63,998 nucleotides of DNA, filler included, from Sandaracinaceae bacterium (GCA_947483975.1; 12 parts of 12 records of this genome joined end to end with filler, not necessarily neighbours in it), one strand, 5' to 3'. Shown: positions 41,791 to 51,995, counted from the first letter of the whole stretch. Notes: generated from the letters alone by a model not told the origin. Program-made: numbers and translations.

Positions 41791-42870
41791 ATGCGCCTCG
41801 AGAGCCCGATGGGATGGTTGGCCGCGGGATGTGCGGCCGCGAGGTACAGCGCCGCGGGGAGCGTCGCCGCGTACGCAGCGACGGCGTGCCTCGTCGCGGC
41901 TTGCGCGTCGAACAGCGTGCCCGACGCGGGGATGCGCACGGGCGTCGACGGCGGAGGTCCTGGCGACCTCGGCGCGTTCGACGGCGGAGGCCCCGGCGAC
42001 CTCGGCGCGTTCGACGGCGGAGGTCCTGGCGACCTCGGGCGCGTCGATCTTGGGGCAGTGGACCTCGGGCGCGCCGACCTCGGCAGCGTGGACCTCGGGC
42101 GCGCCGACCTCGGCGTGGTCGACGCAGGGTGCGCGGCCGGCAGCACGCGCGCGTGCCCGACGGCGTGCGCGACGAGCGGCGTCGCGACCTGCGCGAGCGG
42201 CGCGTTCGGGGCCTGCGTGCCGCCGATGGAGACGTGCAACGGCCGTGACGACGACTGCGACGGCGTCGTCGACGACGGCGCGCGCGTGCTCGTCTTCGAC
42301 CCGGTCCCGATGGCGGACCTGACCGCGCTGCAGCCCGCTTGCACGGGGCCTAGCTCCACCGTCGACACCTGCCTCAGCACCGTGCATCGCTGGTGCGGCG
42401 CGCACGCGCTCGGCTGCTTCGCGTCGGGGGCGGGCTTTCTTCAGGCGACGCCGACGGGCGCGCGGGTCGCGTGCTTGGCGCGCGCGGGCACGACGGTGGT
42501 CAACGCGACGTTCGCGCAGGTGTCCACCGTCAGCAGCGTGCCCATCACGGTGGCGAACGTCTCCGAGCGCGTCGCGCAGAGCGGCGCGCATCGCTGGTGC
42601 GGCGCCCTCGGCTATGCGACGGGCGTCGGCCCCGTCGAGCACTCCGCGACCGACATGGCCATCGCCTGCCTCGACGCGGCGATCGCGTCGGCGGTGAGCC
42701 TCCCGCTCGCCGAGGTGAACGGGCGCGGCTGCGATCCGCTCGCCACGCCGGGCTCGATCGAGTGCGCGTCGGCGGTCGACCTCGGCTGTCGGGACCGCGG
42801 CTACGTCGCGGGCTTCGGTCCCGTCGAGTGGAACGACAGCCTCGTGGTCGCGGTGTGCCTGCGGCCTTGA
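41791..42870 (+). CDS. Cys-rich secreted/lipoprotein with MopE-like metal-binding motif and three C-terminal repeats
   Basis: LVAAC; DLG/DGG repeats; ETCNGRDDDCDGVVDD; exact start uncertain. Confidence 0.75.
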   Translation: MRLESPMGWLAAGCAAARYSAAGSVAAYAATACLVAACASNSVPDAGMRTGVDGGGPGDLGAFDGGGPGDLGAFDGGGPGDLGRVDLGAVDLGRADLGSVDLGRADLGVVDAGCAAGSTRACPTACATSGVATCASGAFGACVPPMETCNGRDDDCDGVVDDGARVLVFDPVPMADLTALQPACTGPSSTVDTCLSTVHRWCGAHALGCFASGAGFLQATPTGARVACLARAGTTVVNATFAQVSTVSSVPITVANVSERVAQSGAHRWCGALGYATGVGPVEHSATDMAIACLDAAIASAVSLPLAEVNGRGCDPLATPGSIECASAVDLGCRDRGYVAGFGPVEWNDSLVVAVCLRP

Positions 42871-43035
42871 GCGGCGCGCTTGCGCTCGCGGTGCGCCGAC
42901 TCGGTAGCGCGGCGACGCTCGGCGCGGCGCTCGCGNNNNNNNNNNNNNNNNNNNNNNNNNNNNNNNNNNNNNNNNNNNNTTAATTAATTAANNNNNNNNN
43001 NNNNNNNNNNNNNNNNNNNNNNNNNNNNNNNNNNN

Positions 43036-43882
43036 AGTCCGCGCGCCGCTCGACCGCCTGCTGCCGTCGGAGCGCGGCCGCGCGCTGCAGGTCAGCGACC
43101 CGCACCGCCTCGAGCGCGTCAGGGCTCGGCGTGCCGTCGTACCAAGGGAACAGCGGCGGCCGATCGAGGCACTCCGGCCGGTCGCCGACCGAGCAGTAGA
43201 TGCGCACATGAAAGTGGCTGTCGTGGTTCTCGCTGCCGCGGATCGGCGCCGTCACCAGCTCCACGCGATGAAACGCGTCCTCCGGCGTCTGGATCGACCG
43301 CCCGTAGGCGAGCAGCCGCTGCCGCAGAGGCTCGACGATGAGCACGTGCTGCACCTCGGCCATCGGGTCGTCCACGAAGGCGACGAGCAGCGCCCAGTTG
43401 CGCGCGTCGTCGAAGCGCACCGTCGCCCCGAGGCGCGGCCCCGTCCCATCGGCGCCGAGCGGCACGAGCACCGCCTGCGGGAGCTGCTGCCCGCGCTCGT
43501 CGAGCACGTAGAAGCCGACGTCCGCGTCGCGCCCCGCCTGATGCGAGCCGTGCGGCGCGAGCGGCCCGCCGTGCTCGCTCGAGAGATCGCCCACCGCGAG
43601 GATCGAGCCCGGGAAGTCGCGCGCCACCGAGTCCGCGGCGCGCTCGAGCAGCCCGACCAGCTCGCGCGTGCCGAAGTGATTCGAGCGCACCGACGCGAGC
43701 GAGTCCCGCGACTCGAGCGCGAACGCGTGGAGCAGGCTCCCCGCCTCCGTGTGCCCGATCGACTGGCTGTCGAAGTCGCCCTCGTCGGTGGGCGCTGCGG
43801 GCGCGTCCTGCGCGCGCGTCGGCGAAGCGACGGCGAGCGCGGCAGCGACGAGCAGCGAGAACGAGAGGGCGGAGAGACGCAC
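43036..43882 (-). CDS. MepA-like penicillin-insensitive murein endopeptidase, 3'-partial
   Basis: SIG..GSL, GDLS..GG, HGSHQAGRDAD, HDSHFHVRI. Confidence 0.88.
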
Positions 43883-43915
43883 GCAGGCGAAGCGTAGCGC
43901 GAGCGGCCGACCACT

Positions 43916-43991
43916 CGCCGCCCCAGTGACCGCGCCGCCCCAGTGACCGCGCCGCCCCAGTGACCGCGCCGCCCCAGTGACCGCGCCGCCC
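43916..43991. repeat. 17-bp perfect tandem repeat x4.5 (CGCCGCCCCAGTGACCG)
   Basis: Units at 43916, 43933, 43950, 43967; intergenic. Confidence 0.95.
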
Positions 43992-43993
43992 GC

Positions 43994-45043
43994 CTACCGC
44001 GCGAGGAAGAACATCGCCGCCACCGCGAGCACCACGACGAAGAGCCCGGCGATCCCCGCGCCGATCGCGAGCTTCACGAGGAAGCTCATGCCGCCGCTGC
44101 TCGCCTGCGCCTTCGCGTGCGACCTCGCCTGCGGACGCGCGGCGGGCGCGCTCGTGCTCCACGCCGCGGGCTGCGGCACGGCGTCGAGCGCGCGCAGCAT
44201 CTCCCCCGCGTTCGCGAAGCGCTGCTCGGGCAGCTTCGCCATCGCGCGCTCGAGCACGGCTTGAAGCTCAGGGCGCACCTCGAGCCCCTCCTTCGACTCG
44301 CTGAGCTTCGGCACGGGCGCCATCAAGTGCAGGCGCAGCATCTCCATGCGCTCCTCGCCGAGGTACGGCCAAGTGCCCGTCAGCGCCTCGAAGAGCACGA
44401 TGCCCGTCGAGTACACGTCGGAGCGCATATCGACCGCGCCGCCGGTGCCCTGCTCCGGCGACATATACGCGGGAGTGCCGAGCACCGCGCCCATCATCGT
44501 CAGCTTCTGCGCGGGGCCCCAGCGCTGATCGTCGACGAATTTCGCCAGGCCGAAGTCGAGGATCTTCGCGCAGAAGGTGCCATCCGGCAGCCGCGCGACG
44601 AAGACGTTCTCGGCCTTCATGTCGCGGTGCAGCACGCCCTGCGAGTGCGCGTAGGCGAGCCCGGCGACCACCTGCCGGGCGAGGTCGAGCGCGAGCGCCG
44701 GCGGCGGCAAGTGCTGCTCGAGGAACGCGTCGAGGGGCATTCCGTCCATCAGCTCCATCACCAGATACGGCACGGCGCGCTGCTCGGCGATCGCCGTCAC
44801 ACCGAAGCCGACGACGCCGACGATGTTCGGGTGCTGCAGCCCGCTGAGCGCCCGCGCCTCTCGCTGAAAGCGCTCGCGGGAGTCGGCGTCCTCGCCATAC
44901 TCGTCATGCAGAAGCTTCAACGCCACCATGGGCGCGCCGCCTGTTTGCTCGGCGCGATACACCGCCCCCGCCCCCCCGGCGCCGAGCAGGGACACGATGC
45001 GATAGCGGCCGTCGATGACTTGGCCGACGAGGTCAGAGGCCAT
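43994..45043 (-). CDS. Ser/Thr protein kinase with C-terminal TM helix
   Basis: GAGGAGAV, HRDMKAEN, DFG, GTPAYMSPE. Confidence 0.95.
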   Translation of the reverse strand: MASDLVGQVIDGRYRIVSLLGAGGAGAVYRAEQTGGAPMVALKLLHDEYGEDADSRERFQREARALSGLQHPNIVGVVGFGVTAIAEQRAVPYLVMELMDGMPLDAFLEQHLPPPALALDLARQVVAGLAYAHSQGVLHRDMKAENVFVARLPDGTFCAKILDFGLAKFVDDQRWGPAQKLTMMGAVLGTPAYMSPEQGTGGAVDMRSDVYSTGIVLFEALTGTWPYLGEERMEMLRLHLMAPVPKLSESKEGLEVRPELQAVLERAMAKLPEQRFANAGEMLRALDAVPQPAAWSTSAPAARPQARSHAKAQASSGGMSFLVKLAIGAGIAGLFVVVLAVAAMFFLAR

Positions 45044-45062
45044 GATTGGCGGCGAGTGTACC

Positions 45063-45091
45063 TTGACAATCCCTGCCGTCCCGGACATTTT
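45063..45091 (+). promoter_or_regulatory. putative rpsT promoter
   Basis: TTGACA-N17-CATTTT. Confidence 0.5.
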
Positions 45092-45171
45092 CCCGCTCCC
45101 CGGACGCCCGGAGTGCGCGCTAGCGCCACAGCAGAGTGCGGGCAGACGCGTCGCAGCAGAGAGAGACCAAC

Positions 45172-45444
45172 GTGGCGAATCATCCTTCGGCAGAGAAGCG
45201 CAATCGGCAGAACATCAAGCGTCGCGCGCGCAATACCCACGTCCGCACGACCGTCCGCACGGTGGTCAAGCGCGTACGTGTCGCCCTCGACCTCGGCAAC
45301 GCCACGGAGGCGAAGACCGCCCTCGAGGTCGCCGTCCGTCGCATCGACCAGGCCGTGAGCAAGGGCGTGTTCCACGCCTCCACGGGCTCGCGCTACGTCT
45401 CGCGCCTCATGGCGCAGGTCGCCGCGCTCGCCAAGCCGGCCTGA
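45172..45444 (+). CDS. rpsT: 30S ribosomal protein S20
   Basis: ANHPSAEKRNRQN, IDQAVSKGVFH..SR..SRL. Confidence 0.97.
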   Translation: MANHPSAEKRNRQNIKRRARNTHVRTTVRTVVKRVRVALDLGNATEAKTALEVAVRRIDQAVSKGVFHASTGSRYVSRLMAQVAALAKPA

Positions 45445-45635
45445 GCTGATCCCCGAACCAGGCGCTCCGCCTGGTCCGCCCACCTCCGCTCACGAACGCC
45501 CCGCCGGGAATATCCCGCGCGGGGCGATCGCGTTCCGTCGCGCTGGGGAGCGACCTCGCAATGTGACGCGCGCCCTGCTCCGTGGGCAGACGAGCCGACC
45601 GAATGCGGCGTGAACCGTGCTACACGGTGGCCGAT

Positions 45636-46475
45636 ATGTCTGCGTCTGCACCGGCTCCCACACCGATCGATGTGCTCGACGCAGTGTTCCTCGCGACGGC
45701 GGTCAAGAGCGAGGGCCTCCCGCCGCCCGCGTTCGCGGAGATCGCCTTCGCCGGCCGGTCGAACGTGGGCAAATCGAGCGTGATCAACACGCTCGTGCAG
45801 CGCCGCAAGCTCGTCCGCACGAGCTCCACGCCCGGCGCGACGCGCGGGCTGAACCTCTTTCGCGCGACGCTGCGCGACGGCTCGATGGTCGATCTCGTCG
45901 ACCTCCCCGGCTACGGCTACGCGAAGGTCAGCAAGACCGAGCGCAACGCCTGGGGCCCGCTGATCGAGGGCTTCCTCAAGCGTCGCAAGGGCGTGCGCGC
46001 GGTCGTCGTCATCGTCGACGCGCGCCGCGGGCTCGAGCCAGACGACGCGCAGCTGCTCGCGTTCTTGCAGCACCTCGAGCTCAAGGCGATCGTCGTCGCG
46101 ACCAAGCTCGACAAGCTCCCGCCCAACAAGCAGAAGCCCGCCGTCGCGGCGATCGCGCGCGACGCCGGAGTGCGCGCGTTCGGCTTCTCGAGCGAGGACG
46201 GCGCTGGGCGCGAGGAGCTCTGGCGCGTGCTCGTCCGTGCCGCGGGGCTGCTCCCGGCGACCGACGCGAACAGCGCGCCCGCTCAGCGGAGCGAGGCGGG
46301 CTCGGTCGAGCCTTCGGAGCCCACCACGACGGCGACGACGCCCGTCGCCGAAGAGTGCGGGTCGACGAGCGCTCGGCCGGAGGGCAAGCCCGCCCCCACG
46401 AGCGCGGCCCGCCCCAAGGCGCGCTCCTCGCGCGCCAACCCGGGCGCCCCGCGCAAGCGCTCGCTCGGGAAGTAG
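45636..46475 (+). CDS. engB: ribosome biogenesis GTPase YsxC/EngB with low-complexity tail
   Basis: GRSNVGKSS, TPGATR, DLPGYGY, TKLDK. Confidence 0.95.
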   Translation: MSASAPAPTPIDVLDAVFLATAVKSEGLPPPAFAEIAFAGRSNVGKSSVINTLVQRRKLVRTSSTPGATRGLNLFRATLRDGSMVDLVDLPGYGYAKVSKTERNAWGPLIEGFLKRRKGVRAVVVIVDARRGLEPDDAQLLAFLQHLELKAIVVATKLDKLPPNKQKPAVAAIARDAGVRAFGFSSEDGAGREELWRVLVRAAGLLPATDANSAPAQRSEAGSVEPSEPTTTATTPVAEECGSTSARPEGKPAPTSAARPKARSSRANPGAPRKRSLGK

Positions 46476-47137
46476 CGCCCTCGCCCGGCGCCTTCCACGT
46501 ACTGCTTCACGCTCTGCGGCACGCGGAGGGTCCAGTCCTGCAGGCGCCCGCGGAGCACACCGCTGAGAAAGCCATCGCCGTAGTCGGCCATCAAGCCATA
46601 CGAGAGCAGGCTCTTGCCATCCCCGTAGGGCCGCACCGTGAAGAAGCCCCACGCGGCGCGGATCGAGTGCGGGCGGCGCGCGTCGAGCACGAACGTGAGA
46701 TCGTGCTGTGCCTCGTGCGCGCGCGTGCTCAGGTAGTAGCTCGCACGCACGGGGCCGACCTCGTGCGCGAGGAAGACCGTGCGGCGCTCGTCGAAGCGCT
46801 CGACGGTGCGCGAGGCCGTGCAATTCGGCAGCATCCGCGTGTACTGCGGGACGTCGAGCACGGCGCGCCAGACGGCGTCGGGCGGCAGCGTGACGACCTG
46901 CCAGCTCGTGCCGCCGAGCAAGATCTGATTGCCGCGGCGCTCGGACTTCCGGCGGACGACGAGGCCGCCGCTCTCGAGCGTGCTGCGCTCCGCCGCGGTG
47001 AACGGACGCGCCTGCGCCCCAGGCGCCTGCTGCGCGGAGGCCTCCCCGCTCGTGCCGAGGACGAGCAGCGCGGCGGCGAGCCCCGTGAGGACGGCGAGAG
47101 CGCGAAGTGACTGCGAGCTAAATAAGGCGAGGCGCAT
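46283..47137 (-). CDS. secreted SRPBCC/START-like protein
   Basis: Signal peptide; PPDAVWRAVLD..YTRMLP typical of SRPBCC N-terminus. Confidence 0.7.
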   Translation of the reverse strand: MRLALFSSQSLRALAVLTGLAAALLVLGTSGEASAQQAPGAQARPFTAAERSTLESGGLVVRRKSERRGNQILLGGTSWQVVTLPPDAVWRAVLDVPQYTRMLPNCTASRTVERFDERRTVFLAHEVGPVRASYYLSTRAHEAQHDLTFVLDARRPHSIRAAWGFFTVRPYGDGKSLLSYGLMADYGDGFLSGVLRGRLQDWTLRVPQSVKQYVEGAGRGRYFPSERLRGAPGLAREERALGRAALVGAGLPSGRALVDPHSSATGVVAVVVGSEGSTEPASLR

Positions 47138-47182
47138 CCAGGACCTCCCTAGGCTAACAGAGAGACGCCCCGGCGCGCGGTC

Positions 47183-47971
47183 CTATTCGCCGACGGGCAC
47201 CGGGCCGGGGTACCAAGGCCAAAAAGGCGCGCGGTCCTCGCACTGCGGGCGGTCCGAGGGGTCGCAGTAGACGCGCACGTGGAAGTGATTGCGGTGCGGA
47301 TTGCCGTGGGCGGGCTGGACGAGCAGCAGCTCCGCGCGCTCGAGGACCGACGCGCTCGCGCGCCGACGGCGCCCCTCCGTGAGCAGGCGCGCGCGCAGCG
47401 GGGCGGCGACGAAGATGTACTGCACCCGGGCGTCCGGGTCCGCGACGAGGCGCGCGACGAGCTCCCAGTTCCTGGCATCGTCGAAACGTAGCCCCTCGTT
47501 CGGCGCGTGGCCGCGTCCGCTGCCGTCGAACGCCGCGAACGCGAACGGCTCGTACGGCTGCCCCGCCCCATCGAGCATGTAGAACGCCAGGTCGGCGTCG
47601 CGCCCGCTCTCGTGCGAACCATGCCCATCGATCTCGCCACCGCCGCGCTTCGAGAGCTCCCCGACCGTCAAGCGCCCGCCCGGCACCCGCCGCTGCACGA
47701 CCCGCGCGGCGCGCTCGATCAGCTGCACGAGCTCGCTCGTCCCCCAGAAGTTGCCGCCCGGAGCGACCTCACCCGCGCGGTGCACGAACTCCGACTCGCG
47801 CAGCTCGGCAGGGTCGCGCAGGCGCCCCTCCCACGGGAAGCCGATCGACCGGCTCTGCGGGGCCCGCGCACGTCGGCGCGAGCCGCTCCTCGGGGGCGTC
47901 GCGCTCGCCGCCTGAGCGAGCAGAAGCGCAGAGCAGAGCGCCGCGAGCACGGCGACGAGCGGGCGAGACAT
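47183..47971 (-). CDS. MepA-like murein endopeptidase (second paralog)
   Basis: SIG..GRL, GELSKRGGG, HGSHESGRDAD, HRNHFHVRV. Confidence 0.9.
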   Translation of the reverse strand: MSRPLVAVLAALCSALLLAQAASATPPRSGSRRRARAPQSRSIGFPWEGRLRDPAELRESEFVHRAGEVAPGGNFWGTSELVQLIERAARVVQRRVPGGRLTVGELSKRGGGEIDGHGSHESGRDADLAFYMLDGAGQPYEPFAFAAFDGSGRGHAPNEGLRFDDARNWELVARLVADPDARVQYIFVAAPLRARLLTEGRRRRASASVLERAELLLVQPAHGNPHRNHFHVRVYCDPSDRPQCEDRAPFWPWYPGPVPVGE

Positions 47972-48078
47972 CGGAGAGGTGCTTACGCAGAGTGACGCGC
48001 GGCGGGCAAGTTTCAGGGGCCGCGGTCGTCGAGACGGCCGGCGACTCCCCGTTTTCTCGGCCTGCTATCGTCCGCCCC

Positions 48079-48261
48079 ATGTTCCCTTCGCGGCCCGCCC
48101 TCGCGCTCACGACGACCCTCGCGCTCACGACGACCCTCGCGCTCACGACGACCCTCGCCGCGTGCGGCGGCGTCTCCCCGACGGCGCGTCCTGAGCCCAC
48201 CCGTCGCTCGCAGGGGACGCAGGACGACGGCGCCGCGCAGGGCGACCCGGCGCGGGGCGAG
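48079..48261 (+). CDS. lipoprotein N-terminus, 3'-partial; signal peptide contains 18-bp repeat x3
   Basis: MFPSRPA(LALTTT)3LAACGG. Confidence 0.6.
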
Positions 48262-48361
48262 NNNNNNNNNNNNNNNNNNNNNNNNNNNNNNNNNNNNNNN
48301 NNNNNTTAATTAATTAANNNNNNNNNNNNNNNNNNNNNNNNNNNNNNNNNNNNNNNNNNNN

Positions 48362-49750
48362 CGCGTCAGGCGGCTCCGGGGCGGCGGCGTTGCCGGCGGC
48401 GGTCAGCGTCAGCGCCGTGGACTCCGCCCGCGCATACGCGCCCGTCGCGGGGTCGAGCGTCGCGACGCCGAGCGGCGCGATCGCGAACGTGCCCGGGCGG
48501 CGGGCGACGACCAGCCACTCGAAGGTGCGGGTGCCGCCGACGAGGTCGCTCGGCGCGTCGATCTGGTCCTTCAGCTGAGGCTCCATGATCGAGAGCCCGT
48601 CGATGACGGGGGTCGCGATCCGCACGTCGCGCAGGTTGCCCGTTCCGCGGACGCGCGCGGTCAGCGTGACGGCATCTCCCGTCGCGACCTGCGTCCGGTC
48701 GAGCGCCGCTTCGACCGTGAAGCGCCCGACGTGCACCTCGCCGCTCGGTCGCCCCTCCGCGGGAAGCTCGCGCACGTGGACCGGCATCGGGACGCCCTCG
48801 CGGTGCATCGTGCGCTGGGGCGCGCCGCCGAAGAGATCGAACACCGACCCGCCGCCCTGCACGTCGACCGTCATCGGCCCGATCGAGAGCTCCCCCGCGT
48901 GGAGCGGAAACGCCGCGAACCGCCGCAGCACATAGACGCGGAACGAGTTCCCACCGACGGCCTGCTCCGTCGCCTCGAGCGTCCGCTGCGGAGGCAGCAG
49001 ATCGTGGACCCAGAAGCCCTCGGCGCTCGGCTCGCGGGACGCCGCGGGCGCGCTGCGAATGCCGCCGCTGACGTAGAGGTAGATGGTGACCGTCACCTGC
49101 TCGCCGACGTACGGCGTGGGCTTGTCGACGACCGTGCGGATGAACGCCTGCGGATCGTACGCGGCGCCGTCGAGCGTGCCCGTCGGGGGACCGAGCGGCG
49201 GACCGCCGCCGGGAGGTGTCTGCGGATCGTCGGGCGGCGTCTGGGTCCCGCCCGGCTGCGTCGGGTCCATCGGGACGAGCCCCTGCGGCGAGGGCTCGGG
49301 CGGTGGCGTCTGTCCTGCCGGGACGACGAGGATCGTCAGTCGATTGCTGAGAAAACGCCGCCCACCGACCATCACCCGCGCTGGCTTGAGCTCGTAGCGC
49401 CCCGGGCGGCGCGCGATCAGCTGCAGCGTCTGCACGCTCGACGACTGCATCACCTGCGTCTGACCGCCGAAGCCGAACTGGAAGCTCATCGGCGTCGCGA
49501 CGCGGCGCGAGACGACGTCGAAGCCCGTCACGTCGGGGGGCTCGAACAGCTGCAGCGCGCCACCCGTCGCGTCCGCGCGGATCTCGAGGACGAGCGTGTC
49601 CCCGACGGCGAGCGAGGCGTGGTCGGCGCTCATGCTCACCGTCGCCGACTGCGCCGCCGCGCGCGCGTGCCCGAGCGTCGCGCTCATCACGAGCGCCGCC
49701 AGGCAGGACACGACGTACAGAGCGCGGCGCGCCGTTGCCGTCACGCTCAC
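48362..49750 (-). CDS. batD: BatD-family protein, 3'-partial
   Basis: Signal; Ig-like repeats; PYVGEQVTVT, VGRFTVEA.LD, GTGNL; last visible gene of bat operon. Confidence 0.88.
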
Positions 49751-50919
49751 CAGTCCTGCGCGGGGGCGCGATTTTCGCGCAGCGCGCGGGAGCGCGCCCG
49801 GTAGCGCTCGAGGTTCTCTTCGCCGTCGCGCAGCGAGTCGAGCACGCGCGCGACCTCGCCTGGGAGCCCGTCGCCTTGGGGCGTCTCCTGCCCCTGCGGA
49901 CGCTGACCGCCCTGGCTGCCGTCCTGCGCGCCCGGCTGCTGCTGCGCTTGTTGCTGCTGCTGGGCCTGTTGCTGCTGCTGATTCTGCGCGTCCTGCCCAG
50001 GTTGCTGCGGAGGCTGCTGCTCTGGCCGCTGCTGATCGCCCGGCTGCTGCTGCTGATCGCCCGGCTGCCCGTTCTGCGGCGGCTGCTGCTGGTTCTGCTG
50101 CGGCTGCTGCTGGTCGCCCGGCTGCCCGTCCTGCGGCGGCTGGTTCGGGTCGTTCTGCGCCTGCTGGTTCTGCTGCTGTTGTTGCTGTTGTTGCTGCTGT
50201 TGTTGCTGCTGTTGGGCGCGGCGCTGCTCGTCCTGCTGACGTTGCTGCTCTTCCTCGTCGTGCAGGCGACGCACCGCGAGCTCCAGGTTCCACGCGGCGT
50301 CGCGGTTGCCCGGCACGATGCGCAGGGACCGGCGGAAGCCGTCCGCCGCCTCCCGGAAGAGGCGCTGCGCCTCGTGGTGATCGGCTTGCGGCGCCTGGGC
50401 TCCGCCCGCTGGCGCGGCTCCGCCCGCTGGCGCGGCTCCGGCTGGCGGTGCGCCCGGCAGGCTCGGCGGTGCGCCCGGCAGGCTCGGCGGTGCGCCTGGG
50501 ATCGCGCCACCCTGCGCGACGGCCTGAGCGCCCGCCGCCGTCGCGGCAGCGTCCGCTTGCCGATAGAACGCGAGCCCGAGGTCGTAGTACGCAGCCGCGC
50601 GAATCGGAGGCGCGGCAGGCGGCTCGGTCGCGAGCAAGAACGCCTCGCGTGCCTTGTCGTGCTGCTCGAGGGCGAGCAGCGCGAGCCCGCGGTCGAGGTG
50701 CACGCCCGCCTCCGAGGGCAGCTCGCGCGCGGCGAGCTCGTAGGAGCGCAGCGCGCCCGCAGCGTCGTTCGCCGCGAGGCGAGTGTTGCCCTCGCGCACG
50801 TTGCCGTTCTCCGCGCGCAGCCAGTCCCAGGCGCGCGCGCTCGGCGCGCTCACGGCGTGCGCGAGCGTGAGCGCCCCAGCGAACAGCAGCGTCGAAGCGA
50901 GCCTTGACCGCGTCTTCAT
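49747..50919 (-). CDS. batC: BatC-like TPR protein with poly-Gln linker
   Basis: REGN, YYDLGLAFY, DAAWNLELA, Q-rich region, terminal QDW. Confidence 0.82.
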   Translation of the reverse strand: MKTRSRLASTLLFAGALTLAHAVSAPSARAWDWLRAENGNVREGNTRLAANDAAGALRSYELAARELPSEAGVHLDRGLALLALEQHDKAREAFLLATEPPAAPPIRAAAYYDLGLAFYRQADAAATAAGAQAVAQGGAIPGAPPSLPGAPPSLPGAPPAGAAPAGGAAPAGGAQAPQADHHEAQRLFREAADGFRRSLRIVPGNRDAAWNLELAVRRLHDEEEQQRQQDEQRRAQQQQQQQQQQQQQQQNQQAQNDPNQPPQDGQPGDQQQPQQNQQQPPQNGQPGDQQQQPGDQQRPEQQPPQQPGQDAQNQQQQQAQQQQQAQQQPGAQDGSQGGQRPQGQETPQGDGLPGEVARVLDSLRDGEENLERYRARSRALRENRAPAQDW

Positions 50920-51995
50920 GGGGCCTTCCTCTTCCGGCGGCGGAACCGCCCGACCCAGGCATCGGGCAGCAGCGCCTCGAGCAGGATGAGCAGGAACGCG
51001 GGCAAGAGCACGAGCGCGTAGCGATCTTCGTGCACGGTGATGCGCCGCGAGCGCTGCTCGTCCTGGCGCAGGCGCCGCATCGCGCGGCGGATCTCCTCGA
51101 CGCCGACGCCGCCGTGCTCCGCGCGGAAATACCGCCCATGCCCGAGCCGCGCGATGTCCTTGAGCTGCTGCTCGTTCTGCGTGGTCAGCGAGGTGAGCAC
51201 GGGCTGCCCGTCGTCGCCGCGCATATAGCCGGTCCACGTGCCATCGGGCGCGTACGTCGGGATCGGCTCACCCGTCGAGGAGCCGATGCCGACGACGAAG
51301 ATCGACGCTCCCCCGTCCGCGAGCGCGCGCGCCGCTTCGAGCGGATCTCCCTCGTGATCCTCGCCGTCCGTCATCAGGATCACGACCCGCGAGCGCGTCG
51401 AGGCGGCCTGCGCCTCGGGCGCGTCGGGCGCCTGTCGGGGCGCGCTGCGATCGAGGAGGCTCTTCGCCGCGACGAGCGCGCGACCGATCGCCGTCCCGCC
51501 GACGGGCATATCGTACGGACCGAGGTCGCGGAAGAAGAGCGTCGCCGCCGACATATCGATGGTCATCGGAAACTCCATCGTCTCGCCGGCGAAGGCGACG
51601 ATCCCGACGCGGTCGCCGTCGAGGTCTCCGAGCAGCCGAGTGAGCTCCGCCTTGGCTCGCTCGATGCGGCTCGGGCGGACGTCGCGCGCGAGCATGCTCT
51701 TCGAGAAGTCGAGCACCACGACGACGTCGACGCCGCGCTTGCGGAGGATGCGCGTGCGCGAGCCGTATTGTGGGCGGGCGAGCGCGACGACCGTGAGCAC
51801 GAGCCCGAGGACGAGCAGCACGGCGCGCGCGGCGCGGAAGCCGGCGGGCTTGCCGATCTGCAGCGCCGAGAGGTTCTCCGCGGTGCCGAAGCGCTCACGC
51901 GCGCGCTTGCGCAGCCACCACGCGAGCAGCGGCAAGCCCGCGACGAACGGCACGCCGAGCAGCAGCCAGAGGACGGCGGGTGCGCCCCAGCTCAT
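50916..51995 (-). CDS. batB: BatB-like vWA protein
   Basis: ALARPQYG, DFSKSM..DV.PSRIE, LMTDGE, G.PIP. Confidence 0.88.
   Translation of the reverse strand: MSWGAPAVLWLLLGVPFVAGLPLLAWWLRKRARERFGTAENLSALQIGKPAGFRAARAVLLVLGLVLTVVALARPQYGSRTRILRKRGVDVVVVLDFSKSMLARDVRPSRIERAKAELTRLLGDLDGDRVGIVAFAGETMEFPMTIDMSAATLFFRDLGPYDMPVGGTAIGRALVAAKSLLDRSAPRQAPDAPEAQAASTRSRVVILMTDGEDHEGDPLEAARALADGGASIFVVGIGSSTGEPIPTYAPDGTWTGYMRGDDGQPVLTSLTTQNEQQLKDIARLGHGRYFRAEHGGVGVEEIRRAMRRLRQDEQRSRRITVHEDRYALVLLPAFLLILLEALLPDAWVGRFRRRKRKAP

Noticed and set aside
45459..45475. Hairpin CCAGGCG-CTC-CGCCTGG after rpsT as an intrinsic terminator
   Set aside because: No U-tract; GC hairpins arise easily by chance here
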